63,032 nt of DNA, filler included, from Neoconidiobolus thromboides FSU 785 (GCA_025603075.1; 8 parts of 8 records of this genome joined end to end with filler, not necessarily neighbours in it); one strand, 5' to 3'. Positions 24,571 through 37,926 are shown, numbered from the whole stretch's first letter. Translations and numbers: made by a program. Notes: generated by a model not told the origin, from the sequence alone.

Positions 24571-26199
24571 TTTTTAAGATATTGCTTTTTAGATAAATGT
24601 TAAGCTTTTTTATATCATGAAATTTTTAAAAATTTTACAATCTCCCGTCTTACCACTTCAATTGTTCTTTTAAAATTTTAAACCTTCAAAAAGTGGGTAG
24701 TTCTTTTATAAAATTTGGGCGCTGTTTAACAAAATAATTTAAAGTTTCACTTTTTTTGAAACTTTATTCTTAGAAATTATGGTTGATTAATAATTTTTGA
24801 TTTATACAGTGTATTTTATATAACAACTATAGTTAGAAAAAGATTAAGGCTAACAAAGATAGTCCTACAATTGTTTCAATAAAAATGTAGTAAGTGCTCT
24901 AATGTCAATATCCTTAATATTTTTTGAAAGCAAGTTTTATAAATGATTTTAATTATAAAGTCAAATGAATAAGTAATTAAGAGTATTCGATTGTATTGTT
25001 GGTATCATCAAAGGTATAAAGTTTCTTTCATAATTCTACTGTGAATTCAGCTCTATTGTTTCTTTTTGACTTTGTATACACTACTGTCTTTATTTATGAC
25101 AAAGGTTTTAAAAGGTCGATTTTACACATAGGAAACTTCAGCTATCAGATATTCTTTAATAATATAATGAAATGGGCATATAGAAAAGAAGTATCACTTT
25201 TAACTTCGCAGAAGTTTAAATAGGTTGGCAGTTTCTTTGAAGGGTTAACTCTGATCAAGTGTATTTTTGATAAAAGCTACATTTAAAGAAAAAATTACAT
25301 GAGTTAACAAAAGTAGCAATGCATTTCAAATATATAACATTATGAAAATTCTCTATCCTAGATAAAAACAAATTTCCTTACCTTTATATTTTTTCCAAAA
25401 TTTTATATAACCAAATAAGCAAAATAACTTTTTAATACAGACAATTTAAATATTAAAAAGACAAAATTGTAATAAACTTAAAACATATGGTTTAAACAAA
25501 AAATTAAAACACATAACACATCTATTGCATGCTATAAATGATTATTATACACTAAATTTGATACTAATATTTTAAGTCTTTAGTTAAAAATCTTAATAAA
25601 ATTGTCGATTTCTGGTCCTTATATTGAGCATAGCTTTGCTCTTACATCAAAACATTAGTGATCTAAAGCCTCAAGTTCAAATTCAAAATTTCTTGAGGGG
25701 TTGCAAATTGTTTGATTTTTTTATAGATATACCGAAAATTATGAAATTTCGAAAGACGACTGTTACTCCAGCATCTGAAGGCCAAAAAGACTTGAAAATT
25801 AATACAAGTAATCGAATAAAAATGCATGATAAAATTAGGTACTAAAAAAATTATTTGGTACCAAAATGTTAGTTATTACCATCCGAAGTCGAAGCGATTT
25901 TCGATACATTTTTCAACAATAAATTTGCAAAATAGGATGTTTAGTACTTTAAAATAGCCTTTTTCTATAATCCTTTTCTATTATACTTGTAGAGTCTATT
26001 TTATTAGTTGAGATGTTCTTTATATTAAGTTAAAATTTTACATAGAATCTAATGTTTTGACGTTCGTTTTAAATTATTTATTAAGTTTTAAAAATAGATA
26101 GATAAATCTCAGCAGACTTATGATTCCATATTTGGTTTTAATGGTGTGATGCTTGTGTTTCAATAAAATAGATATGCCAAAAATAGAGTGTTGGGTAGA

Positions 26200-26515
26200 C
26201 TAATAACTAGGTGGGATATCTTGGACATAGTTACTTGTCAAACCAAGTTTAAGTTGATTAGCTCGTCGATAAAGGAATGGTTGATTTCCAACATTATACT
26301 TAATTAGGGTACCTTTAGTACTACATATTGTAGGGTACATTGTATTAGCTTGGAATTGGTAATAACACAGATCATTGCCATTGTAAGTAAATGTTACTTC
26401 ATTTGACACTAAATCATAGAAACATCCTATAATATCACCCTTTTTAAGAGTATGAACAAAAGTGTTTGGATATTGTTTTTGATTTACATTTACACCATAT
26501 ATTTTATTATTTAAC
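26200..26515 (-). CDS. Third Ssh4-like SPRY paralogue, 5' truncated by contig edge
   Basis: LNNKIYG...PNTFVHTLKKGDIIGCFY...NVGNQPFLYRRANQLKLGLTSNYVQDIPPSY*. Confidence 0.85.
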
Positions 26516-26615
26516 NNNNNNNNNNNNNNNNNNNNNNNNNNNNNNNNNNNNNNNNNNNNTTAATTAATTAANNNNNNNNNNNNNNNNNNNNNNNNNNNNN
26601 NNNNNNNNNNNNNNN
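26516..26615. other. Artificial contig spacer
   Basis: N44-TTAATTAATTAA-N44. Confidence 0.99.
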
Positions 26616-27133
26616 ATTGTAAACAATTAGGATTAAGAGTAGTTGGATCAGCAGGTAGTGACGATAAAGTCGAATATTTATTAAAAGAGTTAAACTTTGA
26701 TGCTGCTTTCAATTACAAGAAATATGATGATTTAGTCCCAGTACTCAAAGAACATTGTCCAAATGGTATTGATATTTATTTTGAAAATGTAGGAGGAAAA
26801 ACTCTTGAGGCAGTATTAGAAGTAGCTAATGATAAATGTCATATTCCAGCCTGTGGTATGATCTCTCAATATAATAAAGGAAAAGAAAGTGATGGTATTC
26901 ATAACTTGACCCAAATTATTGGCAAAAGAATACGTATCGAAGGATTCATTGTCAATGATAGATTAGATCTCTTCCCTAAAGCTTTTGAAACATTTGGTAA
27001 ATATTTAGCTGAAGGTAAAATGAAATATAAAGAGCATCTTACTGAAGGAGTTGAAAATCTTCCAACTGCTTTTATTGATATGCTTGAAGGTAGAAATTTC
27101 GGTAAAGCTTCAGTTAAAATTGCCGATTTATAA
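26616..27133 (+). CDS. NADP-dependent alkenal/prostaglandin reductase-like MDR oxidoreductase, 3' part (copy A)
   Basis: LGLRVVGSAGSDDKVEYL...FNYK...PNGIDIYFENVGG...CGMISQYN...FIDMLEGRNFGKASVKIADL*. Confidence 0.92.
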
Positions 27134-27680
27134 ATACAAGGTGAATAAAGTTTATTTTCTATTTTTTAAATCTTATTGTTATTTATGATGGAATTATTCG
27201 AATTGTCTTTTATCACATTTAAATCAGATGACTTCAATCATATTTTGACTTGATATATAATCGTTTTATATTAAATTATAGAAATATAACAGTTCTCTTT
27301 CTAAATCAACATAACTTGAATAGTAACTAGAATACTAGTATAATGGATAATGAGCTACATAAACATTTAAGGAGACCTGAGTGTAGATTATGCATTGTCT
27401 TTAAATACAGATATAAGTTATTCTTGTTGCTATAAAAGGCAAATTGAGTCTATGTATTAAGAAAAAGTGTTTATTCCATCTTTAAAGTTCAGAAAAAAAT
27501 AAAATTGATATCTAAAACGATATCTCATATAATAAGTTTAATTAATCATCAATGGAATTTAACAGTTTAACTAAAGATAATAATAAAGAATTATATATAA
27601 TTAATATAGAAAAGTGTAATCCTTACAAGGTATAAAAATGGGAAAGTTTTTTGTTTTCAGTCAAAACAGTTTGGAATTAG

Positions 27681-27787
27681 ATATGGGGGTGTTTTTTTTG
27701 ACTTCATCACTTTTTCCATTTTTTAAGTGCTATTTGAATGGAAAAATTGTTGGTAAAATTCATAAACAAAAAAATACATCCCCATAT
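27681..27787 (+). mobile_element. Family-1 MITE copy
   Basis: ATAT|GGGGGTG...CATCCCC|ATAT. Confidence 0.92.
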
Positions 27788-28446
27788 CCTTTATACTTTA
27801 AATTGTAGTTAAATATTTTTATTATGAGTTTAGTAGCTAAATAATTTTGGTATACCCTAAATTCATAACAAAAAAAACTATCTACAAATTAAAAACAACG
27901 CAGTCATCTAACTCTAAGTTAATCTACTTATTTGTTTATTGCTCAATAAAAATTTGAAGTTTTTTTCATATATTATAGCGAAAAACACTACCACATTAGT
28001 TAAAGGGGATAAGCTATAATGGTTGATTATTAAACTTTAGTGTTTAATTTTAATCTTCAATAAAAAGTTAAATTTAAACAAATAATAGCGCTGATTAAAT
28101 TTAATCTGCATCCTGAAGACAACACAAATTGAGTGTTACTTTTGATCACTTTACCATAGCGCTATCATTTCATGACAATATTAAAAGAATTTTTTATTAT
28201 TATGTAAACAGTTATAAAATTTGATTAAAACTCAGAATTCATTTTTTTATTAAAACAAAAGGGGTAATTGGTTATATTCTATTCAACCAATCAACTTCGA
28301 CTACCAAATTAATTTTGTAGAGAATAAACTAATTAAGCTTACATTTGAAAATTTAACTATATTTTATTTTAATTATTTCATTAAAAGCAAACAACCTATT
28401 TACAATCTAACTCCAAATAACAATATAACAACACCATCTCGTCAAC

Positions 28447-29736
28447 ATGTTCGAAAAATTACGTGAATATTTGATTCTACCTGACTGGTTGCATTTAATA
28501 ATTTTAAGTAAGATTTATCGTAATGTGTATCTAACATATATCTATCGACTATATAAAAAAATACAGCGATTATTATTTGGAAAGAGTAGTATTGAACTTA
28601 TACTTGAAAATGAAATGGACCAAAATCAAGAAAAATTAACAAGTATCAGTTTGATGTTATTAGATATTTCCATTTATTATTCAAAACAGTTATTGATGGA
28701 ACATAAAAAATTGGAGATTGAAGATTGTGAGGTTGGAGGAATCATTGAGAATGTTGTTACTAAGAAAGAGTTTGATAGGAGTGACCCTAGCTTTGAGTAA
28801 GTTTATTATTATTATTTTAAGAAGAATTTTAATTTATATTTATTTAAATAGTATTAAAGTACAGAGACTTAAATTTGGTATTACAAATATTCAGAAATGT
28901 CGTCGATTAAGTATTAAGATCAATCAAATGGCAGCTACTAAATATGATAAAGAAAATAAGAAACATGAATTTGAGTTGATTAAAGTAAATGATAACAAGA
29001 ATATAACATAATATATTTAATATAAATTTAAAATAGCTATGGAAATTATTAAAACCAGAAGAAGAGTTAAGTAATAGAAAATCAAAACAATGGCAAAGTA
29101 TAGGCTTCCAAGGTGATGATCCGGCTACTGATTTTAGAGGAATGGGTACTTTATTTAATTATAATTATACTAACAAATAAAATAATAATAATATTTTATT
29201 TAGGTATCTTGGCACTTAAAGACTTGACATATTTTTCAGAAAAATATACTAGTTTAGCCCAAAAAATATTATCAGATTCTCAACATATGGTATCATGGTA
29301 ATTTGATAATAATAATTAAAAACTCATTTATTAAAAGTTGCTTATTTTTCTGGATAATAGGTATTCATTTGCCTTAGTTAGCATTCATATCACTGCTTTT
29401 ACTTTGGAATTATTAAGAACACGTTTATTATTATTTCAATTTTATGGCTTTGGAATTCATATTAATACTTATCATGAAGTTTATTGTAAGTTTACTTATC
29501 ATTAATATACATCATACTGCCTTCTTATTAACGTGTTGTTCTAACACATATTATTGTATTTAGGTTACTTATTCCAAAGATTTAATGAATATTGGTTCCA
29601 ACCTAGAGATACTCAAATTACAGTGATGGATTTTGAAAATATATTTCAAATGTATAAACTAATGATAGCTAAAGAATTATTGAGGTATCGAACATTTAAA
29701 CCAATTAAAAATCATTTAAGAGTTAAATCAGATTAG
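28447..29736 (+). CDS. ELMOD: ELMO/CED-12 domain protein (ELMOD-type Arf GAP), multi-exon
   Basis: Spliced: LWKLLKPEEEL...KQWQSIGFQGDDPATDFRGMGILALKDLTYF...YSFALVSIHIT...FNEYW...TVMDFENIF. Confidence 0.92.
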
Positions 29737-30246
29737 AAATAAAAATAATATATTAATATTAAAAATAGTATTAATATAGAAATGTCTTATTTTTTTGTTT
29801 CTATTTATTGTTAAGATGGAAACAGTGGACTAGTAATAATGAAATTAAGTTTCAAATAAAAACCAAAAGGAATAATTTAAAGTTTAATATGAATTCTTGC
29901 TATTAATAGATAAAACAAATTTGAAGTTAAATTGAATTTTAAATTTAAAAAAATAAATTGAAATGCCAGTTAACAAGGTAAAGATTAATATTACGAAATT
30001 AAATTTAAGTTTTAAAAGAAATAATTTAATTTAAATAAGATAGGCAATGATGAATTTAGATATTGTTTTAAAGTAGTAACAAAAGAATGTTTATTTTATT
30101 AAAAAACGCCAGGTTTTAGCTTAAAGATAAGAATGAGATCAACTTAAAATTAGGGCTTATTAAAATTTTTCGAAAAAAGGAATGCGGTTAAAAAAAGAAT
30201 TGAAAATATTAGAAAAGAAGGAATAAATAATAGTATAAGAAATGAT

Positions 30247-30546
30247 TTAAAGGACAATAATGGAGGACTTATCTTCAGTTTGAAAAGGAGTCGAGAAGAT
30301 AGCAAGAAACTTAAACAGTTTCGATTTAAGTTTAGTTTCACGAATCACTTGGATCTGTTTAATAGGATGCTCTAAATCGCTGATAATTGAATTTCTCTTT
30401 TCTTTTTTCAAACATGTATGATTGTTATTGTTCTTATAACTTAAAATTTGAATTTTTTCTTCAAATTTCACTTTTTTATGTAAACTATTAGTACTTTTTT
30501 GACTTGTTAAACTACTCCTTCTTTTGTTATCAAATTGTACTGACAT
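30247..30546 (-). CDS. Small hypothetical protein with KKVKF motif
   Basis: 99-aa ATG-started ORF in very AT-rich DNA, with RRSS and KKVKFEEKIQIL segments. Confidence 0.4.
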   Translation of the reverse strand: MSVQFDNKRRSSLTSQKSTNSLHKKVKFEEKIQILSYKNNNNHTCLKKEKRNSIISDLEHPIKQIQVIRETKLKSKLFKFLAIFSTPFQTEDKSSIIVL

Positions 30547-32550
30547 AATGAATTATTTTTTAATTATTTTGTTTGTAAATGATAATTTGTATTCTATTTA
30601 TATATTCTTCTCACTTACCCGACTTGATCATAAAACACTTAACATTCAGTGTAATATTAAATCATCAATTTAATCCTTTTTATTGATAATTTCAAATGCC
30701 ATTGACATTATAGTCGATCTCAACCAATCTTAGTCTAGTTATCCTATAACTACTTTTTCTATTGATTTATAAACAAGTATCCTGCTTGGTGAAATTTAAA
30801 AATAATTTATTTGAGTGGATTTTGAATTGTGTCATTTGGATGTTAGATAACTTAAAATGATTTAGAATTTAAATTATCTTGTTGCCTTTTTCATTCATTA
30901 CCAAGTTAGGCTGGTTATTTTTATTGAACATTGTTAATGTTGCTTATTATTAGTATTTGTTATTATGTATGTACTATTAATATCATCTGGCTTTGTTTAT
31001 TCAATTTATTAATAACATCGACTAACTCAATTAATAACAATTATATAATTATTATTTTATTTTAAAACTATTTAACCCTAATTCATTAAATAAATAAATA
31101 AATGAATTAAAATAGTTTGATTTCGGTATTATTTTTTTCTCAAATTCTGAGTTCTCAATTAAATGAGGAAACGTATAAAAACGGTTAAATATCAATCATC
31201 TTGAAATTAGTATCAAACAATGAAAATATTAATAAGGTTAGATTAAAATATAATAATTATAATTCTATGCTCAGACTTATTTAGTGATTATTTGTTATTA
31301 TTATCATTTATAAATTTAAAAGTTATAAGATTTTATTTTCATTATTTCCCTTATTTAGTAATATATTAATTTATTTAAATTTTTTTGGACTATTATTGAG
31401 TTTAAGCCTCTTAATCTACTTTAATGTGGTTGAACTAACGTAATTTTAAGTCTGACATTGATCATGAAATCCTTTCCTTTTGGTATTGGATTAACCTATT
31501 TTAACTAGAGTACTACTTTAATAATCTAATTAATGTACTTGGTGGGTATTTTATATATAATAAGTTATTATTTGATTTATATATTAAGTATTTATTTATA
31601 GATAAACTATATTTAAACAGGCGATAGTTCCCTACCTCGTTATTTCGAAGCTATTAAATTGGGGTTCCTTTCATAGTTGTAGTTGTAGGCTTTGCTAACT
31701 GAATTAATCAGTCATTTCATGAGGAATGAATAGTTAGAATCTTTATTAGGTAAGTGATCAATTTAATCGAAAAACTATGTGAACATTAGAAAAAGCCGAG
31801 TTTTTTCTCTATTTGAATTTATGCTTATTAAGTTCAAAGAAATTAAATGCAATATTTCACAAAGTAAAATAAGTTCTAATTGTAATTCCATTATGTATTA
31901 TTCCTTCAATCATTTTTATAATGTTGATAATAGCATTGATGATAGCAATTTTTAAATTTATTATAAAATAAAATAAAACGAAATAAAATATATAGAATAT
32001 AGGCTAACTTGAAACATGGCACAATTATTTTCCGGATTGAATTTGCTTTGAAATTGTAATAATCTAAATAATATCTATCCACTCCTAGTGCTTACCAGTC
32101 TCCACTATGAGTTTTCATATCATTATTCTCTTCATAGATCCTTTTATTGTTTAATAACTATAAACTATCGGATCTCTATTCTTACCGTAGTTAAAAATAA
32201 CTCATTTTAAACCACTCCTTCATAAAATTTACATTTAATCTTAAACCTTATACAACTCTTTCTTTCTATAACCTCAACCACTAAAAATTTATAATATATA
32301 TTAGACACACCTAAAGACTATATTATCATTGCTTTCTCTCCAACTCTCAAATACCAAATACATTTACTTCTTTTGATAAATTGGTCAAATGTTTGAAAAA
32401 TAAACGGTGCAAGAATTCCTAAAGAATTCTGAAGATTGGTTTATTTAAAGAAATAACGGATAACATTTTGTTTTTTAAGTAATTACTTGATAAACGTCTG
32501 TTTTGACTTGACCAGGGCTATACTTATATTTTGTTTTCATTAAATAAAAC

Positions 32551-32656
32551 ATATGGGGCTGTTTTTTTTAGTTTCATTATTTTTCCATTTTTTAAGCGCT
32601 ATTTATGTGGAAAAATTGTCAGTAAAATTCTTAAATACAAAAATACATCCCCATAT
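32551..32656 (+). mobile_element. Family-1 MITE copy
   Basis: ATAT|GGGGCTG...CATCCCC|ATAT. Confidence 0.92.
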
Positions 32657-33426
32657 GAACATTAGTTTAAGATAATTTAATGAAATTTTGATAATATATA
32701 TATATAACTATTTATTAATACTTATTTAATAAGTCAGTTAGAAAATTGGCAATTTTTAAATTGAGATTTTATATTCGTATTTAGCAACAATCTATTACTA
32801 TTTTTAATTCTAGTTAAAACTAGATTTATGCCATAGCTCATTTTAAAAGATTAGTTTATACAATTATATTTTATTTATGTAATTCTTTTACATTGTATTT
32901 TGTTAGAATGATAAGAATAAATATTAAAAACAATAAGCATAGATTTACGTCGTTGGGACTTTACTCTTTTTAATACATTTTCATAGAATTCACATTCATG
33001 TATACTATTACTTTTCTTATCAAGTTTTATAAATCAGTTATATTCATTACATCCTCATATGAAGTTTTATTTTAATATCATGCTTTATGAACCTCAATGA
33101 TACAAGAAATATTAATTAAAAAACAGGCATAATTTGCCTTCTATAACAATAAGAACAGCTTCTATCAGTACCATCTTAACATATCCTTCAAAATTAGATA
33201 CCTTTAAGTGAAAAGTTGAGTTATAATCAATTGTACTAGTAATTTAACTACCATGTAAATTACATAGATTTTTTGTAGGTTCATCATAAAAAAATGCTTT
33301 TATCAAAAATGCTGCTACTATTTTATTCTTTTATCTAAATAAATATAGTAAGATGTAACCTATAAAATAGGCACACAAATAATAATAAAATCCTAAAATA
33401 TTGACTTTAAAGGTTTATTATACCTC

Positions 33427-33947
33427 CTAGTTACAGTTGGAAATTTTAACTAAAGCTTTACCAAAATTTCTACCTTCAAGCATATCAATAAAAGCAGTTG
33501 GAAGATTTTCAACTCCTTCAGTAAGATGCTCTTTATATTTCATTTTACCTTCAGCTAAATATTTACCAAATGTTTCAAAAGCTTTAGGGAAGAGATCTAA
33601 TCTATCATTGACAATGAATCCTTCGATACGTATTCTTTTGCCAATAATTTGGGTCAAGTTATGAATACCATCACTTTCTTTTCCTTTATTATATTGAGAG
33701 ATCATACCACAGGCTGGAATACGACATTTATCATTAGCTACTTCTAATACTGCCTCAAGAGTTTTTCCTCCTACATTTTCAAAATAAATATCAATACCAT
33801 TTGGACAATGTTCTTTGAGTACTGGGACTAAATCATCATATTTCTTGTAATTGAAAGCAGCATCAAAGTTTAACTCTTTTAATAAATATTCGACTTTATC
33901 GTCACTACCTGCTGATCCAACTACTCTTAATCCTAATTGTTTACAAT
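33427..33947 (-). CDS. MDR oxidoreductase, 3' part (copy B, inverted duplicate of 26616-27133)
   Basis: Reverse complement of copy A apart from one internal SNP (26841 vs 33722) and the last codons (ALVKISNCN*). Confidence 0.92.
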
Positions 33948-34047
33948 NNNNNNNNNNNNNNNNNNNNNNNNNNNNNNNNNNNNNNNNNNNNTTAATTAAT
34001 TAANNNNNNNNNNNNNNNNNNNNNNNNNNNNNNNNNNNNNNNNNNNN
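33948..34047. other. Artificial contig spacer
   Basis: N44-TTAATTAATTAA-N44. Confidence 0.99.
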
Positions 34048-34377
34048 CCAAAAGAATATTATCTTCTCATTTTGATATTTATACTTTTCAGAGTATAAAA
34101 GAGTTTACAGAGTATAGTGGTTCGAGGCTTTTAACTGAATTATTCCCTGATATCTCGAACATTTAATAAAGCCACTAAGTTTTCTTAATAGTATTTTACA
34201 TAGAGTTACATTAGTATTGTCTATTATATTTGTCTTATATAGCTTGTAACCTATTACATGCTATTCTTCATAATCCAAGTCTATCTTAGTCACATAAACT
34301 AAGACCTTTTGACTTATAGTGTAGTCAACCCAGCAATAGCTGTTCTTGACTCCAAACCCTGAGTACCAGATTTCACA
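34048..34377 (+). mobile_element. Family-2 element, left part cut by contig edge
   Basis: Highly similar to the right two-thirds of 52758-53222 and ends GTACCAGATTTCACA. Confidence 0.9.
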
Positions 34378-34493
34378 AAAGAGTGCAGCTTTACGGATTC
34401 AAATGTGATTTTTAATTATAAAAGTTATATTTAAAAATGTGAAAAGTCAACAAAGTGACTTATAGAGGCTATAAAATCTTATTTGAAAGGTTG

Positions 34494-34600
34494 ATATGGG
34501 GATATTTTTTTTAACTTCATTATTTTTTCCATTTTTTAAGCGCTATTTAAGCGGAAAATTTGTTAGTAAAATTCTTAAACACGAAAATACACCCCCATAT
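34494..34600 (+). mobile_element. Family-1 MITE copy (near consensus)
   Basis: ATAT|GGGGATA...CACCCCC|ATAT, retains all three internal CpGs. Confidence 0.93.
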
Positions 34601-35608
34601 TTTATTTTCTAGTATATAAATCTTTATCCAAATTTGGAATTTTATAAGATTTATTCAAAGTTATAATGATTGGCTCCGGTAATCAACCGCAAGATGTTCC
34701 TATTATGAAAAAAGATAAAAATAGAAATCATTTGATTTTATATTTGATTTCTCATGAGTTTATAAATTCTATAAAAAAATAAAAATAAAATTGTTTGAAC
34801 TATTTATTATGAATTTCTTTAAAAATAGGAACACCTGATGATCATAGCAATAAAAACCTGAAAGTTATACCGCCTTTTACCTATCCTTTATCTCCTTACC
34901 TTTTAGGTTTATTAAAGCTTTGGTATGCTCTGACAATAAACTACCTGAAGGCTTACTCCTTTAAGGTTTTTAGAAAAACGAGATCAAAGGGAGTAGTTGA
35001 CTTTATACATTATGTCAATCAGTTTAGATTATAAATTTTCTTAACCTTATTAATAAACATTTTAGAGCTTTGCTCCTTTGAGAGTTTTTAAAATAAGGAG
35101 TAATTAAGAAGAAATATAAATCTTGGCATATTATAACATTTTAATAAAGTAAAAAATTATTTTATTATCTTATTTAAAGTTGTTTTAGTTAAATACTTAA
35201 ATAAAAATAGACTTGTAATTGACATAATTTACATATAAAGTGTATATAAAGTTCTATATAAGGCCAAAAGTATAGAAATTAATATATATTAACACCCTTA
35301 AATGACGGCTTACTATAATAAAATATTTAGAACATTCTAATTTAATCCTTGTACTATTAGTTCTTAATGTGTTATTGAATTTTGTAATTAAAACTCAAGA
35401 TTAATTCCTAAGTTAAACTCATTTTTGAATTTTTGTATCCCTATTATTTATTATACAAATATTTCACCTAATTCCATATCATGAATTTCGTATAAATAGT
35501 ACCCTCTTTAGAACAAAGAAGTTTTTATTTATTCACCTTACTCAAAAGTAGAACACATAAACTGTTTCACTCTTTTAATACTTCTCTAATTTTTATAAAT
35601 AACCCAAA

Positions 35609-36772
35609 ATGGTTATCTTTAATTTCCAAAGTATATCATTAGTCTGTATATTATTAAATCTCATTTCCCCAGTATTTTCAGATGAACAAAAAGGGAAATG
35701 TTTTGACGTTAAAGGACTCTGCAATAAAGATAGCCCATGTTGTAACAAGGAAGGTTTCTGTGGAAAGACGTATGCATATTGTGGTTCTAATTGTATAGAA
35801 TCTGGTAATGCTAAGGGGAAAAAATGTTTACCATTACCAGCATGTAAAAATATGCAAAGTAGCTTTAGTAAAGATAAAATTATTAAACTTAGTGATTACA
35901 AAGGGGAGTATACTAAATATGATTTCACTATTGCTGGTGATTATGAAGTTCAAGGCAATGAAGTTGTATTAAAAATGAGTAAAGCTAATACTGGATCCAC
36001 TCTACAATCTACTCGTTTTGTTAATTATGGTCGTGTTTCTGCTGATGTTAAGACTAGTCGTGGCGGTGGTGTTGTTTCCGCTTTTATTACTATGTCTAGA
36101 GGTAAAGATGAGATTGATCTTGAATGGGTTGGGCATAGACTTGAAGAAGTACAAACAAATTGGTATCATAAAGGTATTAGACCACCACCAGAGCAAACCC
36201 ATTTCAAAGCTGATAAAATCAAAAACTCCTTTGAAGGTTTCCATAATTACGCTATTGATTTTAATGCTGATAGAGTTCAATGGTATGTCGATGGTAATAT
36301 GATCCGGGAAGTCAAGAGATCAGGTGACGAATTTCCTTTGGAACCAGCTCAATTTTCATTTGGTATTTGGGATGGTGGTTCTAATGAAGAAGGTACTAGA
36401 GAATGGGCTGGTGGTTACATTGATTGGGAATCAGAAGATATGAAGAAAGATGGTTACTATTCTGTACGTGTAAGAAACTTCAAGGTAGAATGTTATGGAG
36501 AACCTTTATCTAAAGATGAAGATTTTGAGGTTGATGAGAAATTAGGTCTAGTTAAAAAAGGCGATAAAGAAAAATCAAAAACTTCGAAAGATATGCAAGG
36601 TGGGGGTGAATTAGGTGATGAGGAGATGTTTGACATTGTTAAAAGTACGTCAAAGGTGGAAGAATCTAATACCAGAGTTATTGATTCTCGTCGCCAAGCT
36701 CCTTCCAGCGCTAGATCACTATCTTATTCCTTATTCCCTTTAGGATTGGCCATTTTACTTAATTATAATTAA
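35609..36772 (+). CDS. UTR2: GH16 Crh-family chitin transglycosylase with N-terminal Cys-rich chitin-binding domain and GPI-type tail
   Basis: Signal peptide; SPCCNKEGFCG; YGRVSADVKTSRGGGVVSAFI; DEIDLE catalytic motif; FGIWDGG...WAGG; hydrophobic C-terminus. Confidence 0.9.
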   Translation: MVIFNFQSISLVCILLNLISPVFSDEQKGKCFDVKGLCNKDSPCCNKEGFCGKTYAYCGSNCIESGNAKGKKCLPLPACKNMQSSFSKDKIIKLSDYKGEYTKYDFTIAGDYEVQGNEVVLKMSKANTGSTLQSTRFVNYGRVSADVKTSRGGGVVSAFITMSRGKDEIDLEWVGHRLEEVQTNWYHKGIRPPPEQTHFKADKIKNSFEGFHNYAIDFNADRVQWYVDGNMIREVKRSGDEFPLEPAQFSFGIWDGGSNEEGTREWAGGYIDWESEDMKKDGYYSVRVRNFKVECYGEPLSKDEDFEVDEKLGLVKKGDKEKSKTSKDMQGGGELGDEEMFDIVKSTSKVEESNTRVIDSRRQAPSSARSLSYSLFPLGLAILLNYN

Positions 36773-36781
36773 TTACAATAA

Positions 36782-36880
36782 ACAGGGACATATTTTTTGT
36801 TTAAGAATTTTACTAATGATCTTTCTATTCAAATAATGTTTAAAAAATGGAAAAAGTGATGAAAAAAAACATCCCTATAT
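36782..36880 (-). mobile_element. Family-1 MITE copy, 10 bp after the GH16 stop
   Basis: GGGACATATTTTTTGTTTAAGAATTTTACTAA...CATCCCT|ATAT. Confidence 0.8.
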
Positions 36881-37453
36881 AGTATCATAACTTATAAAAA
36901 AAATTCTATAATAAGGTTAACTAAAAAAACATTTTATTTAATAAAGACAATATTAAATTAAATTATAATAAAGCTATAGTCCTATTTTTGTTGGCACTTA
37001 GACTTAAATTACTCTAATTAAATGAATAACTTTACTTTTTTATAAATATTATAGTAAAACTAAAGCTATAGCTTTAACTAATAGATTTTCAATAGAAAAC
37101 AATAAAATCAAAACTAATAACTGTATTGAATCTTAGTTTTCATTTAATTTTTAATATTTGTTTTGAATAATATAAAGCACTTATATATTAATTTTAGTTT
37201 AAAAACAGATAAAAATACCTGAATGATGTTATAAGTTGCTTATTATAATTTAAAAATAACTCGTTTTTTGAAATGTATAAAAATAAGCTTCTTTAATACT
37301 AAAATATATAAAAACTGTGTTTAAAAGCTACTTTTTACAAATAACCTCCCTTTAAATTTAAAAATCTTTCTTTTGAAAGTCGATTATTGTTTAATTTGTT
37401 TAAGCTATAAAAATAGAAAAAATATAGACCCAATCAAATAAAAACTATACAAT

Positions 37454-37560
37454 ATATGAGGATGTATTTTTATGTTTAAGAATTTTGCTAACAATTTTTC
37501 CGCTCAAATAGGGCTTAAAAAATGGAAAAAGCAATGAAACTAAAAAAATCATCCCCATAT
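37454..37560 (-). mobile_element. Family-1 MITE copy
   Basis: ATAT|GAGGATG...CATCCCC|ATAT. Confidence 0.92.
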
Positions 37561-37926
37561 ATATAAAATTAAAAAATTATTAAAAATTTCAATTTGATAA
37601 CTAAAAAATAAATTATTCTGACAAAAATAAACCAATACCTAGGAGATAGGTAGCAATGAGTCACAATATTAATATTTACACTTATAAGCTTAATATTATG
37701 AACTAGTATAGACGTTGATTTTAACTATTTAATATAATATAATTATGATCATAGTATTAAAGATAATATATAGTTCGTGGGTATTATTTATTGTTATAAT
37801 TTAATTTAGTATTACAAGGAATTAGCTAGTTACTGCTTGGGGATAGGCTACTTTCTCCTTCTTTAGTGATCTTAAGTTGTTTATAGCTTTTGATTGATAT
37901 TATATGCGAGTTTACTAACATTATTC

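Noticed and set aside
33437-33664. 75-aa plus-strand ORF
   Set aside because: Antisense to the oxidoreductase.
36002-36302. ORFs overlapping the GH16 gene
   Set aside because: Frame and strand shadows of a conserved gene.
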